In this document: positions 27,746 through 39,827 of the stretch, one piece after another
Layout of the letters: each line of letters begins with the position of its first letter
Position numbering within the stretch: the first letter of the stretch is position 1
Assembly (NCBI GenBank): GCA_018820855.1
Contig: JAHJNL010000044.1
Location: forward strand, 14,808-78,807
Origin: Pseudomonadota bacterium
Lineage (GTDB): Bacteria; Desulfobacterota; Desulfobulbia; Desulfobulbales; Desulfocapsaceae
Reading direction: 5' to 3'
Length of the DNA stretch: 64,000 bases
Program-made: the position numbers and the translations under genes
The notes under the pieces: generated by a model
Seen by the model: only the letters and a program-made list of their open reading frames with translations
Told to the model about the DNA's origin: nothing
Database searches by the model: none

Positions 27746-28903
27746 TCAGGATGCTCCCTGGGCCTTGGCATAGGCAGTGGCAGCGCATTCGTTTTTTCCG
27801 AGGTCAAGTTCTTCCTGCTTTTCTGGATCAAATTGCTCGAGGTTTGCATTAACAAGGCGAATAACTCCGTATTCAGGAGGCTGCGGCCGCATGTTGTCCT
27901 TAATAAATTGGATAAAATCTTCTACGTTGCTGATGGCGTAGATTTCCTTATTGCGTTCCTTGGTCTGGCCTAAGGGGAGGCAGAAAAGGAGATCATCGGT
28001 GGCCTCGTTCCAGTCCATATAATGAGCGGGCATGACCATGAGACCATCGTCAAGCTCTTTTATCCGCTGTATGGTGTTAAAGAGGATAATGGCCCACTCC
28101 ACGGCCTTGCCACCCAGGTCCGGACGACCAATGGATTGAATAAAGACAGTATCACCTGAGATCATAAACTTGTTGGCGATGATATAGGTGGTGGAACCGG
28201 GGGTATGGCCGGGAGTGAACATCACTGTGACATTCGGTCCCCCCTTGCTGAAGCGGTGTGTCTCGCCATCAGTGAGTGTTTTATGATTGGTCTTGGCGGC
28301 CTTGAAGTCACCGTAGTTGGCCCAGAACTCGGCCCCCGTCTGTTCGGCGATCATACGTGATCCGGCAATGTAGTCCGCCTGCAGGTGGGTCTCAAAGGTC
28401 TTAATTATTTTGCACGCCTGGCTTTTGGCAAAATCGAGATAAAATTGTAAATTGCGGCTCGGATCGAAGAGCATCATCTCCCCGCCAGAACAGAGGCCGT
28501 AGCTGCAGGAGGCCTTACCCGGCCGGATAAACTGGTACAGGGCATAGTCATCTCCCTTGTGCACCAGTTTGGGCACCAGGAGGTTGCCCCAGGTCTTGAT
28601 GCCTCCGGTGAGGTAGCGAACATCGGCAAAACCGTGCTTGACGAGAATTTCACCCACATATTTTGCCGAACCCTCTTTGGCGCAGACTATGCGGATAGCA
28701 CGGTCCTTGTCAACCTTAGCGACACTTTCCTCTTCAATCTCCATGAAGTCATAATAGGAGACATTGATCATGTCAAAGGCGTAAGGGGATTCTACCTGGA
28801 ATCGATTGAAATCCGTTGTGTTTCTGACATCGAGAATAAGGATGTCCTCTTTGTCCGTGAGCCATTGAAAGAGATCTTTTGCTTCATAGGAAGAGAGTGT
28901 CAT
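27746..28903 (-). CDS. Rhodanese domain / metallo-beta-lactamase-fold (persulfide dioxygenase-like) fusion protein
   Basis: 385 aa. The N-terminal rhodanese has ILILDVRN and an active-site-like loop, VCAKEGSA. The MBL part has ETHLQADYIAG (a variant of HxHxDH), TPGHTPGS, GDTVF and MPAHY. Confidence 0.75.
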   Translation of the reverse strand: MTLSSYEAKDLFQWLTDKEDILILDVRNTTDFNRFQVESPYAFDMINVSYYDFMEIEEESVAKVDKDRAIRIVCAKEGSAKYVGEILVKHGFADVRYLTGGIKTWGNLLVPKLVHKGDDYALYQFIRPGKASCSYGLCSGGEMMLFDPSRNLQFYLDFAKSQACKIIKTFETHLQADYIAGSRMIAEQTGAEFWANYGDFKAAKTNHKTLTDGETHRFSKGGPNVTVMFTPGHTPGSTTYIIANKFMISGDTVFIQSIGRPDLGGKAVEWAIILFNTIQRIKELDDGLMVMPAHYMDWNEATDDLLFCLPLGQTKERNKEIYAISNVEDFIQFIKDNMRPQPPEYGVIRLVNANLEQFDPEKQEELDLGKNECAATAYAKAQGAS

Positions 28904-29070
28904 GAAAACTCCTTTGCGTGGGTATGGGGAAGAGATGCTAACCGCCGCATCAGTGGGAATGATCGGCAGGTTTTCGGTGAAGGCTGATTATTCAGAAAAA
29001 CAATTACGCCAAAATCTAACATACTATCGATAGCTTCACAAAATGAAAATGTATTTGGCTGCAGGTAAGT

Positions 29071-29748
29071 TCATTGAGGGATCAGCTCATTGAAAAAGAC
29101 GACGGAAGGAAAATCAGCAGAGTGTTTCACCGGAAGTCGCGAACTGGGGCGGGCTACAAAAACAAGGACCCCAATTCCGTATTGCTTTGCTGCATGCAGG
29201 ACTTTGGCGGTATCATCGGCCAGCAGGGTCCGTTCTCTGTCAAACTGGAGCAGATCGTGGAGTTTTATCCAAAACTCCGGCTGTTCTTTTGCATAGCCGA
29301 TTTCTTCGGAACAGACAATGTGATCAAAATAGGGGCCCAGTGCCGTTTTGCGCAGTTTGATCTCCAGAGTCTTGGAATGGGCATTGGTAACCAGATGCAC
29401 AGTCTTGTCGATGCTCTTTATATACTTAAGGAAATCGACAACATAGGGATGGACCTGGATGAGGTGATCTACTTTGCACTTCAGTTCCGGGATATCGAGA
29501 CCCAGCTGCTCTGACCAGTAATCCAGGTCTGTCCACTGCAGCGTGTTTTCCACACTCTGGTAGCGGAGGAGCAGTTCTTTGCGGGCTTCCTGATCCGAAA
29601 GGCCATTTTCTGCGGCAAAAATTTTAGGGACATATTCTTCCCAGAAGTGATCGTCAAAATACTTGTCAAGCAGGGTTCCATCCATATCCAGAAGGATAGT
29701 ATCCACTGCTGACCAGGAAAAGTCGGGTTTGATTTGGGAAGGAGACAT
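29071..29748 (-). CDS. yrfG: HAD-superfamily GMP/IMP nucleotidase
   Basis: VDTILLDMDGTLLDKYFDDHFWEEYVPK...LQWTDLDYWSEQLGLDI...HLVTNAH is collinear with E. coli YrfG as I recall it. I prefer the ATG at complement 29746-29748. The track start at 29781 would overlap mfd. Confidence 0.8.
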   Translation of the reverse strand: MSPSQIKPDFSWSAVDTILLDMDGTLLDKYFDDHFWEEYVPKIFAAENGLSDQEARKELLLRYQSVENTLQWTDLDYWSEQLGLDIPELKCKVDHLIQVHPYVVDFLKYIKSIDKTVHLVTNAHSKTLEIKLRKTALGPYFDHIVCSEEIGYAKEQPEFWIKLHDLLQFDRERTLLADDTAKVLHAAKQYGIGVLVFVARPSSRLPVKHSADFPSVVFFNELIPQ

Positions 29749-29764
29749 GAATAGTTGTGCCTTT

Positions 29765-32700
29765 TTATGATTTAAGATCATGAAGTTCGGTCAAGGTTTG
29801 TTGCAGCACTGTAAACAGCTGGTCGGTGGAGTCAAGGGAGGCGGAGATAATCAGCCGTCCGTCCGGGGTCAGGCGGGGTGGAGTCTTCTTGCTTTTCTTG
29901 CTCCGTGGTTGCAGGTAGGCGAGGAGGCGTGCAGGGTCAAGGGGGGTGTGGTCGGTGAATGAAAAAACCAGGGTGTCTTTTCCCTTCTCCAGCTTTTCGA
30001 CTCCCAGCTGAGCCAGGTCTTTTTTGAAGGATACCACCTTGAAGAGGTTGATGGTTTCCTGCGGAAGTTGACCGTAGCGGTCAGCGATTTCATCCCGAAG
30101 GTCGTCATGGGTCTGTTCGTCGGCGGTGGACAGAGCGGCAATTCGACGATAGGCGACGTAGCGCTGACTGATGTCAGGGATGAAATCCTGGGGAATGTAG
30201 GCGGAGATCTGAAGATTGATTTCCGCTTCCGGCTGGTCCCGGTTATCCTGCACTTGGCCATCGGAGCTGGCCCTTGCCTTCATGTCAGCCACGGTTTTCT
30301 GCAGCAGATCGAGATAGAGGTCGTAGCCGATGGCCGCAATATGACCGGATTGAGAGACGCCAAGGAGGTTGCCGCCGCCACGGATCTGCAGGTCGCTCAT
30401 GGCCAGCTTGAAGCCGCCACCCAGTTCATTGCATTCCATTAAGGCTCGCAGGCGATCCTTGGAGTCTTTGCTCAGGCTGTCGAGCGAAGGTACCAGGAGG
30501 TAGGCAAAAGATTGTTTGGAAGAGCGGCCCACCCTTCCTCTGAGCTGGTAGATCTCAGCTAGGCCAAGCATGTCAGCACGGTTGATAATGATGGTGTTAG
30601 CCGTGGGGATATCCAGGCCGGATTCAATGATGGTGGTGCAGAGCAGGACGTCAATTTCACGGTTAACGAAGTTGACCATGATCTCTTCCAGTTCTTTGCC
30701 TCCCATCTGGCCGTGAGCCACAGCAATCCTGGCTTCTGGTACCAGCGTCTGTACGGAGGCTGCCATGCGGTAAATGGATTTGACCCGGTTATGGACAAAA
30801 AAGACCTGCCCGTCCCGTCGCATCTCTTTGAGCACGGCCTCTTTGATGACCAGATCGTCGTAGCGGGCCACAAAGGTCTTTACCGGCCGGCGATGTTCAG
30901 GTGGGCTGGAGATGACTGAGAGATCCCTGATGGAGAGCAGGGACATCTGCAGGGTTCGGGGAATGGGAGTAGCGGTGAGGGTCAGGATGTCCACCTCAGC
31001 CTTGATCCGTTTGAGTTTTTCCTTGTGTGCCACTCCGAAGCGATGTTCTTCGTCAATGATGAGCAGGCCGAGCTCCCGGTAAACCACATCTTTGGAGAGC
31101 AAACGGTGGGTGCCGATGATGATATCGATCTTCCCGGCAGCAAGCTCTTTGATAATCCGTTTCTGTTCAGCAGGAGTGCGGAAGCGGTTGATGCATTCTA
31201 CTGTTACCGGGAATCCCTGCATGCGCTCTCTGAATGTCTTGGCGTGCTGTTCGGCTAGGACCGTGGTTGGTACTAGGATGGCGACCTGCAATCCGTCTTC
31301 CACAACCTTAAAGGCTGCCCGTATCGCCACCTCCGTTTTGCCATATCCAACATCGCCGCATATCAGCCGGTCCATGGGCCGGTCTGAGGTCAAATCGTCA
31401 ATGACTTCAGTGATGGCCTTATCCTGTCCGGAGGTCTCATCATAGGGAAAAGACTCCTCCAGTTCGTGGAAGAGTTCTCCCGGCGGAGAAAAACGTCTGC
31501 CCTCACGCAGTTCCCGTTGGGCATAGATGTCCAGAAGTTCTTGAGCTACTTTCCAGACCTCTTCTTTAACCTTTGCCTTAGTTGAGCGCCAGGCCTGGCT
31601 GCCGAGCTTGTCGACCCGGGGCTCCCTGTCCGAGAGGCCCTCGTAGCGAGTGATAAGATTGAGGCGATCAACAGGAAGATAGAGCTTATCACCGTCCCGG
31701 TATTCAATGAGCATATAATCGTTGACCACTCCCTGCAGTTCCAGAGTAGAGATCCCCTGGTAGCGGCCAAGGCCGTGGTCGCGATGAACCACGACATCAT
31801 CATGATGGAGCTCAGCAAAACGAATCGGATCACCCTGCTTTTCCTTTTTCCCTTTTTTTCTTCCCAGTCGCATCTCTCCAAAAAGTTCACTTTCGGAAAG
31901 GATATGAATTCCCAGGCCACTCAGACTGAATCCTGCACTCAATGGCTGGTCGCAGAGGAAGAGGGTGCCGGTGGGCCCTGTTTTTGGCAGAGTTGAGAGG
32001 TCCACAGGAGCCTGCAGCAGTTCAATATTATGCTGATGTCTCTCTATCAGTTCTGCCAGTGTGTGGGTCTGACGCTGAGACCGACAGCAGAGCAGCACCT
32101 GATCGCCCTGGTCCTGCCATGAGTGGATCTGGTCGGAAAGAGGGGGGATCAGGCCTCGTTCCCTGCGCTGCAGTGTGATCTCTTGCTTTAGGATCTGGTG
32201 ATTGGTGGCAGAAAGGGGGTTGAGCTGATCAGGTTCCGTCAGTGTGGAGCAGTGAATGTGGGCAAAAGAGAGCATGGCCTTTTCCATCTGTTCCGGGAGG
32301 AGAAAGATCTGCTCAGGAGGAAGGGCGGGGGTATGAAGATTTTCGGCTTCCTGGTAGTTGTTGGTGATCCGTTCCTGGACCAGATGCATGGCTTGTTGCT
32401 CCATCTCTGGAGAAAAATGGATCAGACAGGTATCCGCTGGAAGAAAGTCGAGAACTGTTTCCACCTGTGTTTCTCCAGGATAGAAGAGTGGGAGGAAGAA
32501 CTCCATACCGGCAAAGCGATGGCCCTGGCTGATTTGCTCCCGGATTCGTTTGCTCTCTTCGCCGTCCCAGGCATGTTTTTTCTCCTGTTGCCGAAAGGCA
32601 GCAGAGATTTCCGACAGTTGTGAAGAATTAACAGCCGGATAGCAGATGTCGCTGGCTGGGAGAAGAATGGCCTCTTCAAGCTCGGAGATGGAACGTTGGG

Positions 32701-33310
32701 TGATTGGGTTGAATCCGCGCAGAGATTCCACTGTATCACCAAAGAAATCGAGGCGCAGGGGGCTGCCGTGAAGATTTCCATTGGCAAGAAAAGAGGGGGG
32801 GAAAATATCAAGAATACCGCCACGGACTGAATATTCGCCAACGCTCTGGACAAGAGCCACCTGCTCATAGCCATAACCGATAAGGTTTTTGAGCAGTTGG
32901 TCACGGTCACAGTCTTCACCTGTTATAAGCAGTTCGGCATTGTTAGACAGGATCTTTCCGGGAAGTGTACGACGCATCAGGGCCTCTGCCGAGACAACAA
33001 GAATAAAAGAGTTTTCCGTTTCTCTAATACTGTAGAGGGTGGAAAGGCGTGCGGCAGTGGTGATCGGGTCTGGTGACAGAGGGGTGTAGGGCGGAATCTC
33101 ATAACCGGGATAAGTGAAGACTGGAAGATCGGTAAAGAGTTTCAGGTCCTCTTCCACCACTGCCAGCATATCTTCATCCGGGACAATACAGCAGCAGGGC
33201 TGGGATTTGGCCTGGAGAGCGGCAATCAGGGAAGGAGAGCTTCCTCGCAGTGCAGCAAGGAGGCGGGTCGTACCAGGGGAAAGTCGAGTTGTCTGGAATG
33301 GGTTAAGCAT
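29765..33310 (-). CDS. mfd: Transcription-repair coupling factor
   Basis: 1181 aa with Walker A ([17 protein letters not shown]), a DEEH box ([10 protein letters not shown]) and the RNAP-interaction/CarD-like segment ([13 protein letters not shown]). Confidence 0.95.
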   Translation of the reverse strand: MLNPFQTTRLSPGTTRLLAALRGSSPSLIAALQAKSQPCCCIVPDEDMLAVVEEDLKLFTDLPVFTYPGYEIPPYTPLSPDPITTAARLSTLYSIRETENSFILVVSAEALMRRTLPGKILSNNAELLITGEDCDRDQLLKNLIGYGYEQVALVQSVGEYSVRGGILDIFPPSFLANGNLHGSPLRLDFFGDTVESLRGFNPITQRSISELEEAILLPASDICYPAVNSSQLSEISAAFRQQEKKHAWDGEESKRIREQISQGHRFAGMEFFLPLFYPGETQVETVLDFLPADTCLIHFSPEMEQQAMHLVQERITNNYQEAENLHTPALPPEQIFLLPEQMEKAMLSFAHIHCSTLTEPDQLNPLSATNHQILKQEITLQRRERGLIPPLSDQIHSWQDQGDQVLLCCRSQRQTHTLAELIERHQHNIELLQAPVDLSTLPKTGPTGTLFLCDQPLSAGFSLSGLGIHILSESELFGEMRLGRKKGKKEKQGDPIRFAELHHDDVVVHRDHGLGRYQGISTLELQGVVNDYMLIEYRDGDKLYLPVDRLNLITRYEGLSDREPRVDKLGSQAWRSTKAKVKEEVWKVAQELLDIYAQRELREGRRFSPPGELFHELEESFPYDETSGQDKAITEVIDDLTSDRPMDRLICGDVGYGKTEVAIRAAFKVVEDGLQVAILVPTTVLAEQHAKTFRERMQGFPVTVECINRFRTPAEQKRIIKELAAGKIDIIIGTHRLLSKDVVYRELGLLIIDEEHRFGVAHKEKLKRIKAEVDILTLTATPIPRTLQMSLLSIRDLSVISSPPEHRRPVKTFVARYDDLVIKEAVLKEMRRDGQVFFVHNRVKSIYRMAASVQTLVPEARIAVAHGQMGGKELEEIMVNFVNREIDVLLCTTIIESGLDIPTANTIIINRADMLGLAEIYQLRGRVGRSSKQSFAYLLVPSLDSLSKDSKDRLRALMECNELGGGFKLAMSDLQIRGGGNLLGVSQSGHIAAIGYDLYLDLLQKTVADMKARASSDGQVQDNRDQPEAEINLQISAYIPQDFIPDISQRYVAYRRIAALSTADEQTHDDLRDEIADRYGQLPQETINLFKVVSFKKDLAQLGVEKLEKGKDTLVFSFTDHTPLDPARLLAYLQPRSKKSKKTPPRLTPDGRLIISASLDSTDQLFTVLQQTLTELHDLKS

Positions 33311-33385
33311 GTATCCAAAAAAAGTGCCGGCTGCATGAGGTCCATGCAGCCGGCAAGGGTAAAGGTTTGTGGAATGGAGAGCGTA

Positions 33386-36082
33386 TCAGAAAGAACCGCC
33401 GATGGAGAAATCCCATACAGATTGGTCTTCATCATCTGTCGGATCAAGGTTGTAACCCCAAACCAGGCGCAGGGGACCCATGGGCGACATCCAGCGCAGT
33501 TCAAGGCCAGCTGCCTTATTGTAGCTGTCGATGGACCAGTCTTCATCATCGGCAAAGACCTTTCCCGCATCCATAAAGACAACACCCTGGATTCCGGCTT
33601 CAGTCAGGAGTGGGAAGATGTATTCGATATTGGTATACCACATCTTGTCACCACCGATGCGGTCACCGGTCTCCGGGTCGATGGGACTGGCTTTTGCGTA
33701 TTCAAAACCACGGATAGTGTTGATGCCTCCGAGGTAAAAACGCTCGTATACCGGTAGCTTACCTGTTTCGTTTTCCCATACTTGGCCACCGGCAAGTTTG
33801 AAGTGGAAAACTGTGGTCCAGGGCAGGGGGAAAAACCAGCTGGTAAAGGCTTCGAGTTTGGTGAATTCGGCATCACCGGCGAAGGGGCCGCCTGCATATT
33901 TTACGGTGACTGAGTTCTGGGATCCTTCGGTGGCACCTGTTATCCTGTCTCGACTGTCACGGACCAGCCCGACTTTGACCGCACTGGTAACATTGATATC
34001 CATGGAGTCGAGTATGATTTGGGAGGCATATTCGGAGACGTTGGAGAGCGTGGTGTCGGTGTAGCTGTAGCTGCCGTAACCGTGCCATTTTTCCCATAGC
34101 GGATAGCCGAAACGAAGGGCCCCACCCTGAGAATCCTTGTCGTAGTCATCGTACTCCCGGAACCAGTTAAAGAGATCGGCACCAACGGAAAGCTTGGAAT
34201 CACGAAGGTGTGGATTGGTGTATCCCAAGTTGAAACGGTTGCTGGTTCCGGAGAGGTTGGCTACGAAAGAGAGCTTGTCACCGCGTCCAAGGAAGTTGTT
34301 TTCAGAAATTTCACCCATGAGCATGAAAGAGTCCACTGAGCTGTATCCCGCGCCAATACTGAATTGTCCAGTGCTCTTTTCCTTGACGTTAACTGTCACG
34401 TCCATTTTTGAAGGGTCCATGGCCGGTGCCGGAACGATATTTACTTCTTCAAAGAATTCCAGACGCTGCAGACGCTCGGTACTGGTTCGCAGGGCCTTGG
34501 AATCGAAGATACCGCCTTCTGCAATCTTCAGTTCTCGCCTGATGACATTGTCACGGGTCCGGCTATTGCCCTTGATCATGATACGCTGAATGTAGACCAG
34601 GTCACCCTTGTCGATATCGATGATGAGATCCACTCGGGCACCGGTTGTGGATTTGTTCATTTTGGGGCGTATCTCGGCAAAGGCATAGCCATGTTCTGAA
34701 TAATAATCGGTTATTTTCAGAATATCGTCCCGCAGGATCTGTCGATTGATAAATTCTTCATTTTGAATGGTGAGGAAACTGCGCAACTTTTGTTTGTCTT
34801 CGAGGAGGTCTCCGGAAAAAGAAACGGTGCCCACGCGGTAACGGGGACCTTCTTCAATGGTGAATGTGATGTAGAGCCATTCGCCATCTTGATCTACTTT
34901 CGGGTCTCCTACTTTTACCTCAAGAAAGCCTTGGTTGTTGTAAAAAGAGCCGAGCCGGGCCACGTCCTGCATCAGCATTTCCTGCTTCATCAGTCCGGAT
35001 TCGGTGAGCCAGGAGAGCCATCCTTTGGCACTGGATTCAATCACATCGGCAAGTTGATCACTCTCAAAGCTTTTGTTGCCGATAAACTTGATTTCTTTTA
35101 TGAAGATCTTGTCACCCTCTTCGATAACATAGCGAAGGTTTGCATGTTCCTCGTCAGGATAACTGATCTGGGCAGTGACGGTGGTATTATAGTATCCCTT
35201 TGATTTGTACAGGGCCTTGATGGCGGCACTTCCGTCATTCACTTTGCTTGTGTTAATGATGCTGTTGGGGGTGATATTGGCGGCCTCTTTCACATCTTCC
35301 TCAGAAAGTGCGTCGGTCCCGGAAAACTCAATGCGGCTGATGATCGGTTTTTCCACTACCACAAAGGTGACAATTTTTCCCTTCTCGCTCTCCTCCACTT
35401 CAATGCGGACGTTTTCAAAATAGCCCATTTTATAGATGGCCTTCAGGTCTTCCCGCAAGGTTGACGGGTTGTAGAAATCTCCTGTTTTGCTTGTGATTTT
35501 TCGGGAAATGGCACCGGAATCGATTCGTTTATTGCCATTGGGACCGATGGAGGCAATAATGAACTCTCGGTCAGTGTAGGAAATAACCTCCCTGACCACT
35601 TCTGAGAGTGTGCCTGCAAGATTTTGGAGAGATTCGCCGTCACGGTAGTAGTATTGAGGGGCCTTCGGATCCAGCAGGTCAAAGACCTTGTAATCTACAC
35701 TGATTTGATTGCCGATTACTGTAAGACTGCCCACAGCCACATAGTCGAGGCCGGTGGCAGCAGTGATTTTTTGCAGCTGCTCCGGTGCCGGTGGCCAGGT
35801 GCCGGTGTAGTCCAGGAACTTTGCCGCTTCTGCCCTGTCCATCATGGTAAAGGTCGAGGGGAGGAGGACACTTGCCAGGGCCTGGTCGGCCTGGAGAGTG
35901 ATTTCGGCGTGATTTATGGGACTGTTGATCTTGAGCGGGAGGAAGGTGGTGTTCTGTTCGACGGCGTGACCAAGCCCGGGAAAGAAAAGGCTGAGCGAGA
36001 CAGAAAGGGCCAGCAGAAGACAGCTGATCCGGAATTCTGCCGGAATCCGAGAAAGGTTACTTGGTTTTCTAGAATGATTCAT
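33386..36082 (-). CDS. bamA: Outer membrane protein assembly factor BamA
   Basis: About 900 aa with repeated POTRA-like segments, a beta-barrel and a C-terminal aromatic residue (FSIGGSF). I prefer the start at complement 36080-36082 (MNHSRKP..., RBS AGGA). The track start is 36142. Confidence 0.9.
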   Translation of the reverse strand: MNHSRKPSNLSRIPAEFRISCLLLALSVSLSLFFPGLGHAVEQNTTFLPLKINSPINHAEITLQADQALASVLLPSTFTMMDRAEAAKFLDYTGTWPPAPEQLQKITAATGLDYVAVGSLTVIGNQISVDYKVFDLLDPKAPQYYYRDGESLQNLAGTLSEVVREVISYTDREFIIASIGPNGNKRIDSGAISRKITSKTGDFYNPSTLREDLKAIYKMGYFENVRIEVEESEKGKIVTFVVVEKPIISRIEFSGTDALSEEDVKEAANITPNSIINTSKVNDGSAAIKALYKSKGYYNTTVTAQISYPDEEHANLRYVIEEGDKIFIKEIKFIGNKSFESDQLADVIESSAKGWLSWLTESGLMKQEMLMQDVARLGSFYNNQGFLEVKVGDPKVDQDGEWLYITFTIEEGPRYRVGTVSFSGDLLEDKQKLRSFLTIQNEEFINRQILRDDILKITDYYSEHGYAFAEIRPKMNKSTTGARVDLIIDIDKGDLVYIQRIMIKGNSRTRDNVIRRELKIAEGGIFDSKALRTSTERLQRLEFFEEVNIVPAPAMDPSKMDVTVNVKEKSTGQFSIGAGYSSVDSFMLMGEISENNFLGRGDKLSFVANLSGTSNRFNLGYTNPHLRDSKLSVGADLFNWFREYDDYDKDSQGGALRFGYPLWEKWHGYGSYSYTDTTLSNVSEYASQIILDSMDINVTSAVKVGLVRDSRDRITGATEGSQNSVTVKYAGGPFAGDAEFTKLEAFTSWFFPLPWTTVFHFKLAGGQVWENETGKLPVYERFYLGGINTIRGFEYAKASPIDPETGDRIGGDKMWYTNIEYIFPLLTEAGIQGVVFMDAGKVFADDEDWSIDSYNKAAGLELRWMSPMGPLRLVWGYNLDPTDDEDQSVWDFSIGGSF

Positions 36083-36394
36083 ATGATATCCTAATTCGCT
36101 GAAAGGGAATGATTCAGGATCATAGGCAGTATCTGCCGCCATTGATCCCTAACCGTCTCACTAGCCGACATCTGACTCCTGTCGTAGACTTATATTATAA
36201 GAATCAAACATTATGCCATGTTTGCAGAGTTTTGCAAAGAGTACTGACTGATAAAAGAGGAAAAAAGAAAGGAGATGGCTTTTTGCTCCTGACTGCAGCA
36301 ATGTTTCAGGGGAGAATCTTTTCTGTGCTCTTGACCTGGAGGTTGTTTTATTCAGGCCTTCAGCCAATGACAACGGATAAGCAGGGTGACTGTG

Positions 36395-37618
36395 TCAGCG
36401 TTTGACGTTGCTCAGTTCCCGAAAGGGTGTGGTGGAGTCTGAGTGGATCGTATTGAGAAGTTCCAGTGGGGATTGCTCAAATTCACTGGCCATGGAATTG
36501 GGGTGCGGGATCACTTCATTATAGGTGTCGATCAGGTTTTGATGAGTCCAGCGAGTGAGATAATAGACAATCAGCTCCGGGAGTTTGCTGTAAATGGTCT
36601 CTTCCGGTATGGGGTCGACGAAGCTGGAGTTGCGTAATTTTTCCGAAGAGAGGGTCTGGGTCTTGTAGAAACTTTCAAGGAACATGAGTTCTGCCGGCAA
36701 TCCTCCTTTGAGGCCGATACGGGAGAGGAGTTTGAGCAGGACTTCCAGGGTTCTTTTGCCAAAGGTGGCCACTGAATAAGGGACGTATATTTCTCGAGGG
36801 GTTTTCAACTCCAGATAGGAACGGATGGTGAGGATGAGATTAGCAAGCTCCACCGGATCCTTGTCTACAAAATGATAGGTCTGGCCGCTGAATTCCTTCC
36901 TGTTCATAAGGACATGATGGACAAAGTAGGGAAATTTGTTGGCATTAGAATAGGAGTGCAGGACTTTTTTCTTGGTGAACAGAACAGGCATGGATTCATC
37001 AGCAATGGAAAAAAAGAGACGATGAAAGCCCTGGATTTTGTGATCGTGTTCACCGTAGACGACGGCCAGGCGGATACAGGTGTAATCCAGGCCAACGGTT
37101 TTGTACATATATTTCAGCGTCTCTTCGGCCATGAGCTTGGATTTGGCATAGTTGTTCAGCTTAGGCGTGATGGGAAGGTGGTCTTCTTCGCGGAGATTTT
37201 CTCCGTTAGGCAAGGTGGAGGCAGAGCTGATATGAATGTAGGGAATTTTGAGAGCAGCTGCGGCCCGGGCCAGATTAAGGGCTCCAAGATAGTTGACCTC
37301 CAGGGCCAGATGGGAGTCGGAGCCGATATTGGCAATAGCCGTGTTGATCACAAAATCGGGTTTAACCCGTTTGAGATAGTCCCGGATATCTCCGGCATCC
37401 CTGATGGACAGCTTTTTGCTGCTTGGTGCACGCAGTTCAATGGTATCAGGGGTCTTGGTCTTAAAGTAATGGGCCAGCGTTCCTCCGATAAGGCCGGATC
37501 CGCCGATGAGAACGCCCAGAATTTTTGTTGAGGAAGGGTTGTTGTGTGTCACGGAGTATATGTGTTTGTTATTTGGACAATAAACGGATCCCTTTTTCAC
37601 TGTACTGTATGGGTTCAT
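36395..37618 (-). CDS. NAD-dependent epimerase/dehydratase (extended SDR) family protein
   Basis: 407 aa with a Rossmann motif (VLIGGSGLIGGTL) and a YAKSK catalytic Y-x3-K. Confidence 0.7.
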   Translation of the reverse strand: MNPYSTVKKGSVYCPNNKHIYSVTHNNPSSTKILGVLIGGSGLIGGTLAHYFKTKTPDTIELRAPSSKKLSIRDAGDIRDYLKRVKPDFVINTAIANIGSDSHLALEVNYLGALNLARAAAALKIPYIHISSASTLPNGENLREEDHLPITPKLNNYAKSKLMAEETLKYMYKTVGLDYTCIRLAVVYGEHDHKIQGFHRLFFSIADESMPVLFTKKKVLHSYSNANKFPYFVHHVLMNRKEFSGQTYHFVDKDPVELANLILTIRSYLELKTPREIYVPYSVATFGKRTLEVLLKLLSRIGLKGGLPAELMFLESFYKTQTLSSEKLRNSSFVDPIPEETIYSKLPELIVYYLTRWTHQNLIDTYNEVIPHPNSMASEFEQSPLELLNTIHSDSTTPFRELSNVKR

Positions 37619-38037
37619 ACCCTAGCATGAATTGTCAGGGAAAACATTATTTTTTGCTCATTGAGATGCTGAAAAAAAGAAAGAGAAAAGCGTCATTGAT
37701 CGTCATGTTCACCGGAGCGTATGATTTGCTGAAAAAGGGGCCTGGTAAAATGTGTCAGCCTGGATTACGCATAAACCAGAAGAGTGAGCCTGCTTTTCAA
37801 CGGGTTCATTTCTGTTGCTGTCCCATTGAAAGCAGATATCTTTTTTTCGTACTGAAGTTGCTGATATTTTGTACTTGTGTAATTTTGAAAATAGCTTATA
37901 TGGGCAGACAAACTTTTCTCAGATGAGAATTAGCCGGTAGACCTGTTGCGGCGACTCGTGTCTGCCTGGCAGGTATCGGGAGTTTAAAAGGGGTGTTGAA
38001 GCTGTGGTACTGACTTCTAATTTAAAAGGATGAGTAA

Positions 38038-39717
38038 ATGAAACTTAACGATATGTCCATCCGCACAAAAATACTTGGTGGCTTTGTCTTTGTTGCCTTG
38101 CTGGTTGTTCTCACCGGTGTCGGAGGCTACCGGGCAATGATGGAAAACCTGAAATCAGCATCCATGGTTGATGCAGCCATGGAGATGAAGCTTTCGGTGC
38201 GCAGTTCCATGCAGATCCTCATGGAATTATTGGTGTCAGAAAACAGTCGCGAGCTGGAAATGTTCTGGAAAGAACATCATGAGTCAATGATGATTTATAC
38301 AGCTTACTCCAAAGCCCTCCTTAACGGCGGAGAAGTTGGCACTGGTTATCTTGCTCCAGTCGAAAATCCAGGCTCCAGGGAGAAACTTAATCAGGCGCTG
38401 AATCTCTATAAAAATGATTTTATGCCTGGCCTGGCTCAGCTCCATGACCTGAAGAAAGAAACACTGGCTGGTCGTGCTGTTGAAAACCTGGAGACAAGAC
38501 TGGCTGAGATTGATGAACAGGCAGACAGGGCCGGAATCAAGGTTATGGCGATGCTGGACACCATTGAGAGTAATGCCAGAGAAGATATGGAGAACAGTAC
38601 CAAGGGAGCGGTGCGTACATCTGTCATACTTGTGTCCCTTGCTGCTCTGTTTGCCGTTGCTGCCGGTCTCTTTCTCGCAGCTAAAATAACAGGGCCGATC
38701 AGTCAAGCCGTTGACCTTGCAGCCAAGTTGGCTAAAGGCGATCTGACTGCCAAAATTGAGGTCTCTGGCAATGACGAGGCCGGGCAATTGTCCCAGTCTC
38801 TCAATGAGATGATAGATCAACTGCACCAGATGTTCAGCAGTATCAGCGGGCAGTCCAAGCAATTGCTTGAGACTTCTGTTCATCTCAGCTCGGTTGGGAA
38901 CCAACTGGTTGATAATGCTAAACAGACTACTGATCTTGCCAACAGTGTGGCCGCCGCTTCCGAGGAGATGAGTGTCAATATGCATTCGGTGGCTGCTGCC
39001 AGTGAGGAGGCCTCTACCAATGTGAATATGGTGGCCTCGGCCTCTGAAGAGATGAGTGCCACGGTCAGTGAGATTGCCAGCAATTCAGAAAAGGCCCGTT
39101 CGATAACCGAGCAGGCCGTTCATCAGGCCAATCAGGCCTCCGGAAAGGTGGATGAACTGGGCCTTGCCGCCAGTGAAATCAGCAAGGTTACCGGAGTAAT
39201 TACCGAGATCTCTGAGCAGACCAACCTGCTGGCTCTAAATGCAACCATTGAAGCAGCCCGGGCTGGCGAGGCCGGCAAGGGATTTGCCGTTGTCGCCAAC
39301 GAGATAAAAGAACTGGCCAAGCAGACGGCTCAGGCTACTGGCGAGATTCGCAGTAAAATCGAGCATATTCAATCATCGACCAATGTCACGGTCAGCGAGA
39401 TCAAGCAGGTCAGTGAGGTCATAGCCGAGGTGAATGAGATCGTCTCGACTATCGCCAGTGCCGTTGAAGAGCAGTCCGTCACCACCAGAGAAATCACTGT
39501 CAACATCAATCAGGCTGCCCTTGGCATCAGTGAAGTCAACGAAAATGTGGCTCAGAGCTCGACGGTATCCCATGATATCTCACGGAATGTCAATATGGTA
39601 AGCAGGTCTACCGAAGAGGTGAAGCTGGAAGGTCAGAAACTCAATGATGATGCGGCCAGCATCAACGTCCTGGCCCAGCAACTGCGGGATCTGATCGGCA
39701 AGTTCAGACTCAGTTAA
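38038..39717 (+). CDS. Methyl-accepting chemotaxis protein
   Basis: 559 aa with two TM helices, HAMP and the conserved signalling hairpin [35 protein letters not shown]. Confidence 0.95.
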   Translation: MKLNDMSIRTKILGGFVFVALLVVLTGVGGYRAMMENLKSASMVDAAMEMKLSVRSSMQILMELLVSENSRELEMFWKEHHESMMIYTAYSKALLNGGEVGTGYLAPVENPGSREKLNQALNLYKNDFMPGLAQLHDLKKETLAGRAVENLETRLAEIDEQADRAGIKVMAMLDTIESNAREDMENSTKGAVRTSVILVSLAALFAVAAGLFLAAKITGPISQAVDLAAKLAKGDLTAKIEVSGNDEAGQLSQSLNEMIDQLHQMFSSISGQSKQLLETSVHLSSVGNQLVDNAKQTTDLANSVAAASEEMSVNMHSVAAASEEASTNVNMVASASEEMSATVSEIASNSEKARSITEQAVHQANQASGKVDELGLAASEISKVTGVITEISEQTNLLALNATIEAARAGEAGKGFAVVANEIKELAKQTAQATGEIRSKIEHIQSSTNVTVSEIKQVSEVIAEVNEIVSTIASAVEEQSVTTREITVNINQAALGISEVNENVAQSSTVSHDISRNVNMVSRSTEEVKLEGQKLNDDAASINVLAQQLRDLIGKFRLS

Positions 39718-39827
39718 CCTTTAGTTTTTCGCCTGCCTTTTACTGTTGTTCTGCCCGGCTCTCTCTTCCTTCTCTGTGAGGTAGCCCGGGCAGCTGGTCT
39801 CTTTGGCGGAAGGAGTCAATTCGGCAT

